Origin: Candidatus Staskawiczbacteria bacterium RIFCSPHIGHO2_01_FULL_39_25
Lineage (GTDB): Bacteria; Patescibacteriota; Minisyncoccia; Minisyncoccales; Staskawiczbacteraceae
NCBI GenBank assembly: GCA_001820095.1
Contig: MHOO01000011.1
Span: 135,227 to 199,226 of the forward strand
DNA length: 64,000 bases
Direction: 5' to 3'
The translations under genes were made by a program, and so were the position numbers. Position 1 is the first letter of the stretch, and each line of letters starts with the position of its first letter. Shown here one piece after another: positions 1-10,813 of this stretch. Below the pieces are notes generated by a model, which worked only from the letters and a program-made list of their open reading frames with translations, was not told the DNA's origin and did no database searches.

Positions 1-1632
<1,632 letters not shown>

Positions 1633-1651
1633 AAATAATTTAGATTGCATA

Positions 1652-1684
1652 AAAATCTTTCTTGAAAACAGAAAGATTTTTTGT
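1652..1684 (+). terminator. Intrinsic terminator after groL
   Basis: AAAATCTTTC / GAAAGATTTT stem followed by T-run; it overlaps the upstream alternative start of the next ORF. Confidence 0.6.
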
Positions 1685-1745
1685 TAAAGTAAAATCCGGG
1701 TTTTGCGTGTTGCTCTTTTCCAATTCAATAAAGGAAGGCTTTAAC

Positions 1746-2213
1746 ATGGCTGATCAAACGCTTGGCGTGGACATTGGGGGAGTTATCATAAATCGCACGC
1801 TTAAGGGAGATTCTTATCCGCCCCTGCCTGATGTATTTGAAGTTTTGAAAAATTTGAGAGAGAAAAAGTTCGGAAATATTATTTTGGTTTCCCATGCTGA
1901 TTCAGATCTGCGGATGAAAATGCTTGATTGGCTTTTACGCCAGGACTTTCACCGTAAAACCGGCATTTCATTTTTGAATATCCATTTTTCCAGGAAAAGA
2001 AGCGAGAAGGTTGCCATTTGCAGAAAATATAAAGTAACCCATTTTATTGATGATAGAACTGAAGTCTTGGGGCACCTTCTTGGAAGCGGCATAAAAAGTT
2101 TGTATTTATTTCAAGGAAGGCAGGATGAAATGAAGTCCAATATGCACATTTTGCCATTTATAAAGCAAGTGGCTTCATGGCAGGAAATTGCGAAAGAACT
2201 GCTTGGCGAATAA
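1746..2213 (+). CDS. Hypothetical protein (possible HAD-like fold, no clear DxD motif)
   Basis: ORF 1662..2213; ATG at 1746 (MADQTLGVDIGG) preferred because 1662-1684 lies in the groL terminator hairpin. Confidence 0.55.
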   Translation: MADQTLGVDIGGVIINRTLKGDSYPPLPDVFEVLKNLREKKFGNIILVSHADSDLRMKMLDWLLRQDFHRKTGISFLNIHFSRKRSEKVAICRKYKVTHFIDDRTEVLGHLLGSGIKSLYLFQGRQDEMKSNMHILPFIKQVASWQEIAKELLGE

Positions 2214-2326
2214 GTTAGGTAGGTCCGGTACTTGGTATCGGACTTTTTTTATCCTTGTTTTCTGAAGGATTTTTGTTTAAGATAAAGATACTTCATACAA
2301 AATACTTTATACTGTATACTAAAAAT

Positions 2327-2860
2327 ATGCTTTGCCCTAACCGAGACCATAACTTAGAGAAAGCCTTATTCTATAATGTTGAAGTGGATTATTGTCCAGA
2401 GTGTTTAGGCGTATGGTTTGATAAAAATGAATTGCAGTGGGCAAGAGACAGTAAAGATGAACAGTTGAATTGGGTTGATGTTGACCTCTGGCGGGATAAG
2501 GGGAAATTTAAAACCCATCGCATTAACAAAAGATGTCCGGTATGCAGAATTCCTTTTTTTGAAATAAGCTACGATAGTAAAGCAAGCGTTAAGGTTGATT
2601 TTTGCAAACACTGCCAGGGAGTCTGGCTGGACCGAGGGGAATTCAAGCAAATTATGGTTTACCTAAAAAAGAAAGCAGATTATGAAATTCTGCACCGGTA
2701 TACCAAAAATCTTGCCGTGCAATTGTGGGAAGTATTTGCCGGCCCTGAAAAATTCAGGGAAGAGCTTTCTGACTTCTTTATGCTTTTAAAGCTATTTAAC
2801 TATAAATTTGTAGTCCAGCACCCCTATTTAAATAGCATGATTGAGAATTCGCAAAAATAA
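2327..2860 (+). CDS. Zinc-ribbon protein with two TFIIB-type CxxC...CxxC modules
   Basis: CPNRDH..CPECLGVWFDKNEL and CPVCR..CKHCQGVWLDRGEF repeats; ATG 2327 chosen inside ORF 2255..2860. Confidence 0.7.
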   Translation: MLCPNRDHNLEKALFYNVEVDYCPECLGVWFDKNELQWARDSKDEQLNWVDVDLWRDKGKFKTHRINKRCPVCRIPFFEISYDSKASVKVDFCKHCQGVWLDRGEFKQIMVYLKKKADYEILHRYTKNLAVQLWEVFAGPEKFREELSDFFMLLKLFNYKFVVQHPYLNSMIENSQK

Positions 2861-2861
2861 T

Positions 2862-2988
2862 TTAAAACTAGAATCTTGAATTTTGTATCTTGAAGCTTGA
2901 ATTGAATAGTGAATTTGGAATGTGAATTGACTATTCTATATTCCGTATTCTATTCTAGATTCGAGATTCCAGATTCTAGATTCATAAT
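2862..2988 (-). repeat. Family-2 quasi-palindromic intergenic element, empty copy (inverted relative to the 32.4/42.4 kb copies)
   Basis: Its reverse complement aligns with 42441..42560 and with the two arms flanking 32505..32894 (GAATCTAGAATC.., TTCAATTCAAGCT.., CAAGATTC). Confidence 0.6.
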
Positions 2989-2990
2989 TT

Positions 2991-3542
2991 ATGACGATAA
3001 CAATCATTATTTTAGCAATTGCAGCCTTGGTAGTATTGTGGCTTATCATAAGCTTCAATAGCTTGGTAACCCTAAAAAATAGGGCAAAGGAAGCTTGGTC
3101 TGATATTGATGTGCAGTTGAAAAGAAGGTATGACTTAATTCCCAATGTCGTGGAAACGGTCAAAGGGTATGCCACCCATGAACGTGAATTACTTGAAAAA
3201 GTAACCCAAGCGCGGGCAAATGCCATGGGGGCCCAAGGAGTAAAAGCAAAAGCAGATGCTGAAAATATGCTATCAGCTACCCTTAAAAGCCTCTTTGCCA
3301 TTTCAGAAAGCTACCCTGATTTAAAAGCTTCCGCAAACTTTTTAGAACTGCAGAGGGAATTGGCGGATACGGAAAATAAAATCCAGGCTGCCCGCCGATT
3401 CTATAATACCAATGTCAGAGATCTAAATATTGCAATTGAAAGTTTTCCAAGCAACCTCATTGCAGGTGTTTTCAATTTCAAGGCAATGGAATTATTCCAA
3501 GTGGCCGAAGGAGAAAAAGAACCGGTTAAAGTACAATTTTAA
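2991..3542 (+). CDS. lemA: LemA family protein
   Basis: N-terminal TM helix plus the LemA pattern (NRAKEAWSDIDVQLKRRYDLIPN..., RRFYN). Confidence 0.85.
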   Translation: MTITIIILAIAALVVLWLIISFNSLVTLKNRAKEAWSDIDVQLKRRYDLIPNVVETVKGYATHERELLEKVTQARANAMGAQGVKAKADAENMLSATLKSLFAISESYPDLKASANFLELQRELADTENKIQAARRFYNTNVRDLNIAIESFPSNLIAGVFNFKAMELFQVAEGEKEPVKVQF

Positions 3543-3593
3543 TTTTCTGATACGTCTCTGATGGTAGAGCCACGGGGTTCCGTGGCTCTAGAG

Positions 3594-4169
3594 ATGTATC
3601 ACATGACCAAAATTTACTTTATCATTGCGGTTCTCATTATTGTTGTTCAAATAGGAACGCTTTTTTGGCTGGGTAATTCTTTCATATGCCCATGCGGTTT
3701 GGTAAAATTATGGGGGCCGATAGTCAAAAGTCCCGAAAACTCCCAGCATCTTTTTGACTGGTACTCATTTTCTCACATCGTATATGGAATTGCAGGATAC
3801 TTTCTAGTATGGCCATTGCGTAAAAAATTTAAATGGGCGGTTACCATAGGTTTTCTCTTGGTGCTTGTATTATCGGTAAGTTGGGAAATTCTTGAAAATA
3901 CCGCGTATGTCGTTCATCATTACCAAACCAATACTATTTCCTTTGATTATTACGGCGACAGCGTGGTAAATTCTTTGGTGGACACCCTCTCTGTGGCAGC
4001 GGGATTCTGGCTAGCTTACTTTTTACCGGTATGGGCGGCGGTAGCTCTTGCCCTTGGTTTGGAAATTCTTACAATGGCGCTTATCCGTGACGGCCTTGTA
4101 TTGAATACCATTATGTTTGTTTACCCTTTGAAATCTATTGTCGCTTGGCAAGCGGCAATTATGCAATAA
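3594..4169 (+). CDS. DUF2585 (UPF0314) family membrane protein
   Basis: ICPCGLVKLWGPIVKSPENSQHLFDWYSFSHI signature; the ORF opens at 3561 but 3565-3590 is a hairpin, so ATG 3594 or 3603 is the likelier start. Confidence 0.7.
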   Translation: MYHMTKIYFIIAVLIIVVQIGTLFWLGNSFICPCGLVKLWGPIVKSPENSQHLFDWYSFSHIVYGIAGYFLVWPLRKKFKWAVTIGFLLVLVLSVSWEILENTAYVVHHYQTNTISFDYYGDSVVNSLVDTLSVAAGFWLAYFLPVWAAVALALGLEILTMALIRDGLVLNTIMFVYPLKSIVAWQAAIMQ

Positions 4170-4181
4170 TCCTACACCCCT

Positions 4182-5084
4182 ATGGCTTCTATTTATAAAA
4201 ACGCCGACAAAAACACCCGAAAAACATGGTTGTTTCTAACCTTGTTTTTGGTTTTTATTATCGCCGTCGGCTGGCTTTTCAGCTACCTATTAAACAGCAG
4301 TTTTATTTTATACGTCGCCGTTTTTCTAAGCGTTGCCATGAGCATCACCAGCTACTGGTTTTCAGATAAAATTGTGCTGTCTATGGCCCATGCCAAGCCC
4401 ATTGAAAAAAGTGACAACCCTGAACTGTACCGAATTGTTGAAAATTTGGCTATTACCGCAGGCCTTCCTTTGCCTAAAATTTATATTATCTACGAGCGGC
4501 AATTAAACGCTTTTGCAACGGGAAGGGATAAGAATCACGCCGTAGTTGCGGTAACACAGGGATTACTAGAGAAACTAGAAAGGTCAGAATTAGAAGGAGT
4601 CATTGCCCATGAACTGTCGCATATTGGAAACAAAGATATGCTATTAAGCACGGTCATTGTTATTTTTGCGGGGATTGTGGCATTGCTTTCAGATTTCTTT
4701 TTGCGCATCAGCTTCTGGGGCGGGGGTCGGAGAGATTCCGATAATAACAAGGCGGGGGCATTATTGATGGTTTTAGGCATTGCAGCCGCCATATTGGCTC
4801 CTTTGGCGGCTTCATTGATCAGGTTGGCCATTTCACGGAAAAGGGAATTTCTGGCTGATGCCGATGGCGCGCTGTTGACCCGTTATCCAGAGGGATTGGC
4901 CAGCGCTTTGGAAAAGATTGCAACCGATGTGACTCCCATGCGTTCTGCGCATGCGGCAACAGCCCATCTTTATATTGATTCTCCATTTAACGAAAAACAG
5001 AGCCACAATTGGTTTGTAAAGATTTTTCAGACGCATCCGCCCGTTGAAGAGAGAATAAAGGCATTGCGGGATATGAATATCTAA
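4182..5084 (+). CDS. htpX: M48-family zinc metalloprotease HtpX
   Basis: HELSH zinc motif, TM segments, C-terminal THPPVEERI. Confidence 0.9.
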   Translation: MASIYKNADKNTRKTWLFLTLFLVFIIAVGWLFSYLLNSSFILYVAVFLSVAMSITSYWFSDKIVLSMAHAKPIEKSDNPELYRIVENLAITAGLPLPKIYIIYERQLNAFATGRDKNHAVVAVTQGLLEKLERSELEGVIAHELSHIGNKDMLLSTVIVIFAGIVALLSDFFLRISFWGGGRRDSDNNKAGALLMVLGIAAAILAPLAASLIRLAISRKREFLADADGALLTRYPEGLASALEKIATDVTPMRSAHAATAHLYIDSPFNEKQSHNWFVKIFQTHPPVEERIKALRDMNI

Positions 5085-5097
5085 TTTCCAAACACTG

Positions 5098-5243
5098 TCT
5101 CTAAAAACTCTAAATCCTAAATCTTAAATCTGAAACAAATACTAAACACGAATTTTCAAAATTCTAAAAAAGTACCGTTTTAAACATTAGATTTTTGATT
5201 ATTAGGATTTGTTTAAGGTTTCGTGCTTCGTGCTTAGGATTTA
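5098..5243 (-). repeat. Family-3 quasi-palindromic intergenic element (inverted relative to the 34.6 kb copy)
   Basis: Reverse complement aligns with 34592..34727 (AATTAAATCC.AAGCACGAA ... AAACAAAT ... ATTTGTTTC ... GGATTTAG). Confidence 0.5.
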
Positions 5244-5253
5244 ATTAGATATT

Positions 5254-6021
5254 ATGACTATAGTCCAGAGTATTATTTTGGGAATTGTTGAAGGTGTGAC
5301 GGAATTTTTGCCTATTTCATCAACTGGGCATTTAATTTTAACGAGCAAATTATTAGGAGTTGGCGACTCTGATTTTTTGAAAAGCTTTGAGATAGCTATT
5401 CAATTCGGGGCTATTTTGGCGGTGGCAGCGCTTTATTGGAAAAAGTTTTTATTAGGCACAGAACATTGGAAAAAAGTTTTAATTGCTTTTTTGCCGACGG
5501 CCATCATCGGCTTTTTGCTTTATAAAACACTTAAAAATTATTTATTATCAAACAGCCTGCTGGTGGTGTGGTCATTGTTTTTGGGTGGCATTGCATTAAT
5601 TGTCTTCGAAATTTGGCATAAAAAAAGGAGCATGGTTAACGCTAGTATCATAAGCTATAAGCAATCATTTTTGACGGGAGTGTTTCAGTCGTTGGCAATT
5701 ATTCCCGGTATTTCAAGATCAGGGGCCACGATTATCGGAGGCTTGTTAATGGGAATTAGCAGAGAAGCGATTGTAGAATTTTCTTTTTTGCTAGCAGTGC
5801 CAACCATGGCGGCTGCCACGGGGTATGATTTATTGAAAAGCGCCGGAGATTTTTCTTTCGGCCAATTTTATTTGCTGGCAATAGGGTTCGTTGTCTCTTT
5901 TATTGTTGCATTATTAAGCATAAAATGGTTGTTATATTTTATTAAACATCACACATTTATTGCCTTCGGGATTTATAGAATTATTGTAGCTTTGCTTTTC
6001 TGGGTTTTTGTTATAAAGTAG
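5254..6021 (+). CDS. uppP: Undecaprenyl-diphosphate phosphatase
   Basis: BacA/UppP pattern (GVTEFLPISSTGHL, PGISRSGATI), polytopic membrane protein. Confidence 0.92.
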   Translation: MTIVQSIILGIVEGVTEFLPISSTGHLILTSKLLGVGDSDFLKSFEIAIQFGAILAVAALYWKKFLLGTEHWKKVLIAFLPTAIIGFLLYKTLKNYLLSNSLLVVWSLFLGGIALIVFEIWHKKRSMVNASIISYKQSFLTGVFQSLAIIPGISRSGATIIGGLLMGISREAIVEFSFLLAVPTMAAATGYDLLKSAGDFSFGQFYLLAIGFVVSFIVALLSIKWLLYFIKHHTFIAFGIYRIIVALLFWVFVIK

Positions 6022-6028
6022 TTCAAAA

Positions 6029-6115
6029 GGAAGGGTGGCCGAGTGGTTCAAGGCGCACGCTTGGAAAGCGTGTGGGAGCAATCCCTCGCAGGTTCGAATC
6101 CTGTCCCTTCCGCCA
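6029..6115 (+). tRNA. tRNA-Ser(GGA), CCA encoded
   Basis: GGAAGGG/CCCTTCC acceptor stem, CACGC-TTGGAAA-GCGTG anticodon arm, long variable arm, GGTTCGAATCC T-arm, GCCA 3' end. Confidence 0.93.
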
Positions 6116-6358
6116 GTTAGGAAATAAGGTCATTGGCTCGCCCGCCCCGACTTCGCTAAAGCTACGACGGGCAAGTACGCGGGCTCGCCATCTGTTTTTC
6201 GGGGAAATTTCAAGCCGTTTTGAATGAAGTCAAGGCCAAAAGCACGCTCTTTTTTTCGGATTATGAAGAGTCAAACAATAACTTTCTAGTCTCTTCGGCA
6301 AGTGATATAGTTAATCAAAGGTCGATTCATTATCAAACATTAAACAAAAGATAAAATT

Positions 6359-6541
6359 ATGACACGAAAATCTATTGACTGCCGCGAGATGCCTAGCGAA
6401 AAAGCATGCGATCTTAAAATGAGTGGTAGTGAGGAACATTTGCTCCCGGCTGCGGTAAGCCATGCCGTAACAGCGCATGGGCACCAAGATACCCCGGAGC
6501 TCAAAGAAGAAATCAAGAAAATGCTAAAGGACGAGGAGTAA
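6359..6541 (+). CDS. DUF1059 family small protein
   Basis: 60 aa; CREMPSEKACDLKMSG...HAVTAHGH pattern typical of DUF1059. Confidence 0.7.
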   Translation: MTRKSIDCREMPSEKACDLKMSGSEEHLLPAAVSHAVTAHGHQDTPELKEEIKKMLKDEE

Positions 6542-6544
6542 AAT

Positions 6545-6856
6545 ATGAATACTATTGTTAAAAAGAGTTTCGCATCTCCGGACGAGGTCTACCATCCAAA
6601 AGAAACGATGAAGCTTGAAATTCTTAATGTGGGAGAGGGTCTTAAATTGCAGAGGAATACGGCACAGCCAGGGTATCATGGGGAAGATTGTCCATATGAC
6701 CATATGCTATACGTAGTTTCAGGTAAATTCCATGTCCGTATGCCCGGAGGTGATGAAATTGAATTTGGCCCCGGCGAAGTCGGAGTAATACCCGCCGGAC
6801 ACGATTTACGGGTTACAAGCAATGAACCCGCAGTCTGGCTGGAAATCAAGCACTAA
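6545..6856 (+). CDS. Cupin domain protein
   Basis: 103 aa; cupin beta-barrel pattern (GEVGVIPAGHDLRV); starts 4 nt after the previous gene. Confidence 0.7.
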   Translation: MNTIVKKSFASPDEVYHPKETMKLEILNVGEGLKLQRNTAQPGYHGEDCPYDHMLYVVSGKFHVRMPGGDEIEFGPGEVGVIPAGHDLRVTSNEPAVWLEIKH

Positions 6857-7089
6857 AAAATTCTTTATAATTGGGTCAAGAGTCCAGAAAGTGAGCCGTC
6901 TATAAGCCGTTTTCGGTTCTAACATCGGGACATCACTACCGCATATGAGTAAATCAGTAACAGGTTGAGGCTAAAAACTGCAATTTGTTCTTAAATTTGG
7001 TGCGAATCCCGTCTCCTGTAAAAATCGCTCTTCCAATATTTTTATTTGCGTTTGTACTTGACCGTTTTATTTGGTATAGTGTAAATAAC

Positions 7090-7581
7090 ATGGCTTTTAA
7101 TAAGAAAAAGTATCAAAATGCGATTCTTTACCTCTGCCAAAAACTACAAGGAGAGGTGCGAGGTAAGAAAAAGTTAGCAAAATTACTCTATTTTGCGGAT
7201 TTTGATTTGTATGAAAAGAACCAGAAATCTATCACTGGTGATGTTTATCGTGCACTCCCCATGGGCCCATTTCCTTCTGCTTTGGAAGAAGTTACCTCGG
7301 AAATGGCTGAAAAAGAGATGTTACAGGTTCAACAAGTTGAGGAACGAGAAGGTTATATTGCCACGGAAGTTTATAAATGTATTACCGAACCCGATCTTTC
7401 AGTTTTTGATGATGAAGAAAAGAAGATGCTCGATCGAATTGTGGTAAAATATGGTCATCTTAATGGTAAACAATTAGAAGAATTATCTCACGCCGAAGCC
7501 CCTTATGTAGGTACGGAATTACGAAAAGATATTCCCTACGACTTGGCTTTCTACCGTGGTACGGATTTTAACGAACAATGA
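7090..7581 (+). CDS. Panacea/DUF4065 (SocA/PanA-type) antitoxin-domain protein
   Basis: KLAKLLYFADFDLY, PMGPFPS, ELSHAEAPY motifs; ATG 7090 inside ORF 6985..7581. Confidence 0.8.
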   Translation: MAFNKKKYQNAILYLCQKLQGEVRGKKKLAKLLYFADFDLYEKNQKSITGDVYRALPMGPFPSALEEVTSEMAEKEMLQVQQVEEREGYIATEVYKCITEPDLSVFDDEEKKMLDRIVVKYGHLNGKQLEELSHAEAPYVGTELRKDIPYDLAFYRGTDFNEQ

Positions 7582-7946
7582 TTGAATTCCTTTACCACGA
7601 CGGCATTAAGAAAGAAATCGCCGCTCTAGAGCGGCGATTTCGTACTATTCGTGATGGGCTGACTATTTTTGAAAGGTTGTGCGAAAAACAGTTTAACCCT
7701 AAAAATCCGCAACAAGTAATTGGGCCTGCTAAATTGCATCGTATTAAGCAAAGTGATCTTTGGACTATTTGGAAAATTGAATTAGTATTACCAAATTCTG
7801 GTCTGCGTCCAAATCAATGACCGAGAATGTGGTTTGCGGTAAAAGGAGGAATGATCGCATTTTTGTGTATATGTTCGCATATTGATAACTACAATGATCA
7901 AGAAATGGATCAGCTCGCTTTATCAAGAGTTTCAGATTTTTTTTAA
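7578..7946 (+). pseudogene. RelE/HigB/Gp49-fold toxin-like ORF interrupted by an in-frame TGA (7818-7820)
   Basis: ATGA overlap with the antitoxin; the frame stays open for 41 more codons after the TGA, to TAA 7944-7946; the downstream part reads PRMWFAVKGGMIAFLCICSHIDNY. Confidence 0.5.
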
Positions 7947-8033
7947 ACAAGAGACTGGATTTCCTGTTCAAAATAGGTTCTAATGTCTTCCAATCCTTTC
8001 CGCATTTTAAAAGTTAGTTAATATTTTTTATCC

Positions 8034-8429
8034 ATGGAAACAACCATTTTTTTAGCCAGGACAATAGGGCTCTTTGGAGTCATAAGCGCGTTGGCAATTA
8101 TTGCCCGTTACGAAAAATTTATTCAGATAGAAAAAAATATTGCGAAAAATGTATCAACTATATATCTATCCGGGTTTTTTATTATCATGATTGGCGCGGC
8201 GATCATAGCGAGTCACAATATCTGGCTCTGGGATTGGCCGGTCATTATTACGCTTTTGGGCTGGGCGGCCCTTATCAAAGGAACCATGCGCATTCTTTTT
8301 CCGGAAACCGTGGTATATCTTATTAATAAAAAAGTAAATAACTACTGGTTTTTGTCGGCAGAAATATCGTTTTTGATGTTGAGCGCATATCTTTTGTATC
8401 AGGGTTTTTTTGGTTTAGATGCGTTTTAA
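8034..8429 (+). CDS. Hypothetical integral membrane protein
   Basis: 131-aa ORF with about four hydrophobic helices; no recognised family. Confidence 0.55.
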   Translation: METTIFLARTIGLFGVISALAIIARYEKFIQIEKNIAKNVSTIYLSGFFIIMIGAAIIASHNIWLWDWPVIITLLGWAALIKGTMRILFPETVVYLINKKVNNYWFLSAEISFLMLSAYLLYQGFFGLDAF

Positions 8430-8445
8430 TTTTTTCATTACGTTT

Positions 8446-8961
8446 ATGAACAAATTAGAGAAAGTTCTCTACATTATATTTTTTATCGCTTTGACTATCT
8501 TTTTTATTAAATTTTTCTTGCTGGTTTTATTGATAGTGCTGCTATTGGGGTTTTTACGGACCTGGCAAATGCAACAAGAGCCAAATAACAAAGCATTTTT
8601 AAACGGAGCGCTGCCCAACCCCACGCCAGACGGATTTTACCAAGGCGATGTAGGATTTAACACCTCGTGGCTTGGCAAAAAATTTGATGCGGAAAACTCA
8701 ACTGGCATTAATGTATTTAAAAATAAAAGGGGAGTCCAAATTGAAAAGTATCCATTCAAAACATATGCAGGCAGGGGATTGGCGGACCAGCAGTTGTTTG
8801 TTTTAAAAATAGATTATAATGTAACAGGCAATCCGTTTTGGCTAAGGCCTGTTTTAGATGAAATTGTTCAGATAGCTCCCAATGAATATCTGGGGAAAAT
8901 GCATGCAAGAATTATCCCCGATTTCCCATTTTCTTTTTTGTATTTTCAATTAAAAAAATAA
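8446..8961 (+). CDS. Hypothetical membrane-anchored protein
   Basis: ORF 8419..8961; MNKLEKV start followed by a TM helix and a soluble domain; no recognised family. Confidence 0.55.
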   Translation: MNKLEKVLYIIFFIALTIFFIKFFLLVLLIVLLLGFLRTWQMQQEPNNKAFLNGALPNPTPDGFYQGDVGFNTSWLGKKFDAENSTGINVFKNKRGVQIEKYPFKTYAGRGLADQQLFVLKIDYNVTGNPFWLRPVLDEIVQIAPNEYLGKMHARIIPDFPFSFLYFQLKK

Positions 8962-8963
8962 CT

Positions 8964-10787
8964 ATGTGCGGAATTGTAGGCTACATAGGCAAAGAGGAAT
9001 CTTTGCCAATATTATTGCATGGACTAAAAACGCTTGAATACCGCGGATATGATTCTGCGGGAGTTGCGGTGCTGGCTAATGGCAGTGTAGAAATTAAAAA
9101 GAGCGTCGGGCAAGTTGCCCTTTTGGAAAAAGCGCTGGAAAAAGAAACCGGCTTTAATGGTTCTGTGGGCATCGGGCATACTAGGTGGGCAACCCACGGG
9201 GTTCCCAGCGAGCAGAACGCGCACCCGCACACAGATTGCCAAAACCGCATCTTCGTAGTCCATAACGGGATTATAGAAAATCATAAAGAGTTAAGGGAAT
9301 ATCTGCAAACCAAAGGGCATATTTTTCAATCAGAAACTGATACCGAAATAATGCCCCACCTTATAGAACATTTTTTAAAAGAAGGGAAAGATTTTACCAC
9401 AGCTCTTTTTGATGCTTTAAAAATGGTAAAGGGCGCCTATGCCCTTTTAATTATGGATGCATTGCAGCCAGAAGTATTATACGCTACACGGTTATCTAGC
9501 CCTTTAGTGATTGGAGTGGGAGATGGAGAGCATTTTTTAGCTTCAGATCCCTCTGCCCTCATAGATAAAACGAAAAATGTTATTTACCTTCAAGATGGCC
9601 AAGTTGCCAAAATATCTAGAAACAACGTTGATATTTCTAATGTAGACAATCAAAAAACTCCGTTTGAGGTAATCAGATTGGAGTGGAATTTAGAACAAGC
9701 CCAGAAAGGCGACTTTCCTCATTTTATGCTCAAAGAAATTTTTGAGGGACCGGAAGTTGTAAGGTCTGCGTCTCGCGGAAGAATGAAAAGCAAAGAAAAT
9801 TTTGTGAAACTAGGCGGTCTAACAGAAGTGGCCGATAAACTTAAGGAGATAAAAAGAATCATCATACTTGCCTGCGGGACTTCTTACTACGCCGGCCTGG
9901 TGGCAGAATATCTTTTTGAAGAAATTGCAAAAATACCAACCGAAGTCCACTTCGCTTCAGAATTCCGCTATAGAAATGAACCATTTGAAAATGGGACGGC
10001 AGTTATTGCCATTTCCCAATCGGGGGAAACGGCAGACACGCTGGCGGCGCTCCGCAAGGCAAAAGAGCATGGCCTGCTTGCCTTGGGCATGGTAAATACG
10101 GTTGGCTCTACCATTGCCAGGGAAACCGATGCAGGGGTGTATAACCATGCCGGCCCTGAAATCGGTGTTGCTTCAACCAAGGCGTTTCTCTCGCAGTTAA
10201 CCGTATTAACGTTAATGGCAGCCTATTTTGCAAAAGACAAGCATGCAAACGAACCTATACTTGCAGAACTTGAAAAAATTCCAGAAAAAATACAGCAAAT
10301 TTTGGGCCAATCAGCTATTATAGAAACGTTAGCAGAAAAATATAAAAACCATGAAAATTTTCTCTTTTTGGGCAGAAGATATAACTACCCGGTTGCGTTG
10401 GAAGGGGCATTGAAATTAAAAGAAATATCCTACATTCATGCCGAAGGCTATGGGGCAGGTGAAATGAAACATGGGCCCTTGGCAATGATCAGCCAGGATT
10501 TTCCCACGCTGGCAATTATTCCCCAAAATGGCGTTTCTGAAAAAATGCTTTCAAATTTGGAAGAAATTAAAGCGCGCAGGGGGCCTATTCTGGCAATTGC
10601 TAGCGAAGGAGATAAAAAAGTATCTTCAGTGGCAGATGATGTAATATATATCCCTAAAACCATAGAGCCTCTTGAACCGTTTTTAACCGTAGTGCCGCTT
10701 CAGCTTTTTGCTTACTATATGGGTACCAAACGAGGCTTTAATGTAGATAGGCCCAGGAATTTGGCAAAATCGGTAACCGTTGAATAG
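8964..10787 (+). CDS. glmS: Glutamine--fructose-6-phosphate aminotransferase
   Basis: MCGIVGY N-terminal nucleophile, two SIS domains, C-terminal KSVTVE. Confidence 0.97.
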   Translation: MCGIVGYIGKEESLPILLHGLKTLEYRGYDSAGVAVLANGSVEIKKSVGQVALLEKALEKETGFNGSVGIGHTRWATHGVPSEQNAHPHTDCQNRIFVVHNGIIENHKELREYLQTKGHIFQSETDTEIMPHLIEHFLKEGKDFTTALFDALKMVKGAYALLIMDALQPEVLYATRLSSPLVIGVGDGEHFLASDPSALIDKTKNVIYLQDGQVAKISRNNVDISNVDNQKTPFEVIRLEWNLEQAQKGDFPHFMLKEIFEGPEVVRSASRGRMKSKENFVKLGGLTEVADKLKEIKRIIILACGTSYYAGLVAEYLFEEIAKIPTEVHFASEFRYRNEPFENGTAVIAISQSGETADTLAALRKAKEHGLLALGMVNTVGSTIARETDAGVYNHAGPEIGVASTKAFLSQLTVLTLMAAYFAKDKHANEPILAELEKIPEKIQQILGQSAIIETLAEKYKNHENFLFLGRRYNYPVALEGALKLKEISYIHAEGYGAGEMKHGPLAMISQDFPTLAIIPQNGVSEKMLSNLEEIKARRGPILAIASEGDKKVSSVADDVIYIPKTIEPLEPFLTVVPLQLFAYYMGTKRGFNVDRPRNLAKSVTVE

Positions 10788-10813
10788 TTTTAATTCAGTA
10801 GTATAATAGCAAC

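Noticed and set aside
6116-6210. GC-rich imperfect hairpin directly after tRNA-Ser (GGCTCGCCCGC...GCGGGCTCGCC followed by CTGTTTTTC), considered as a possible small RNA or integration scar
   Set aside because: It is most simply the tRNA terminator. I could not recognise a direct repeat of the tRNA 3' end or an integrase, and it matches no RNA family I know.
7193-7447. 84-aa alternative-frame ORF inside the PanA-like gene
   Set aside because: It is fully nested in a gene with clear domain motifs and has no independent support.
7818-7820. Possibility that TGA is reassigned genome-wide (code 4/25, as in some candidate phyla)
   Set aside because: TGA closes many well-defined genes at their expected lengths, for example 7579-7581, 23209-23211 and 55216-55218. 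Long ORFs are also intact under the standard code.
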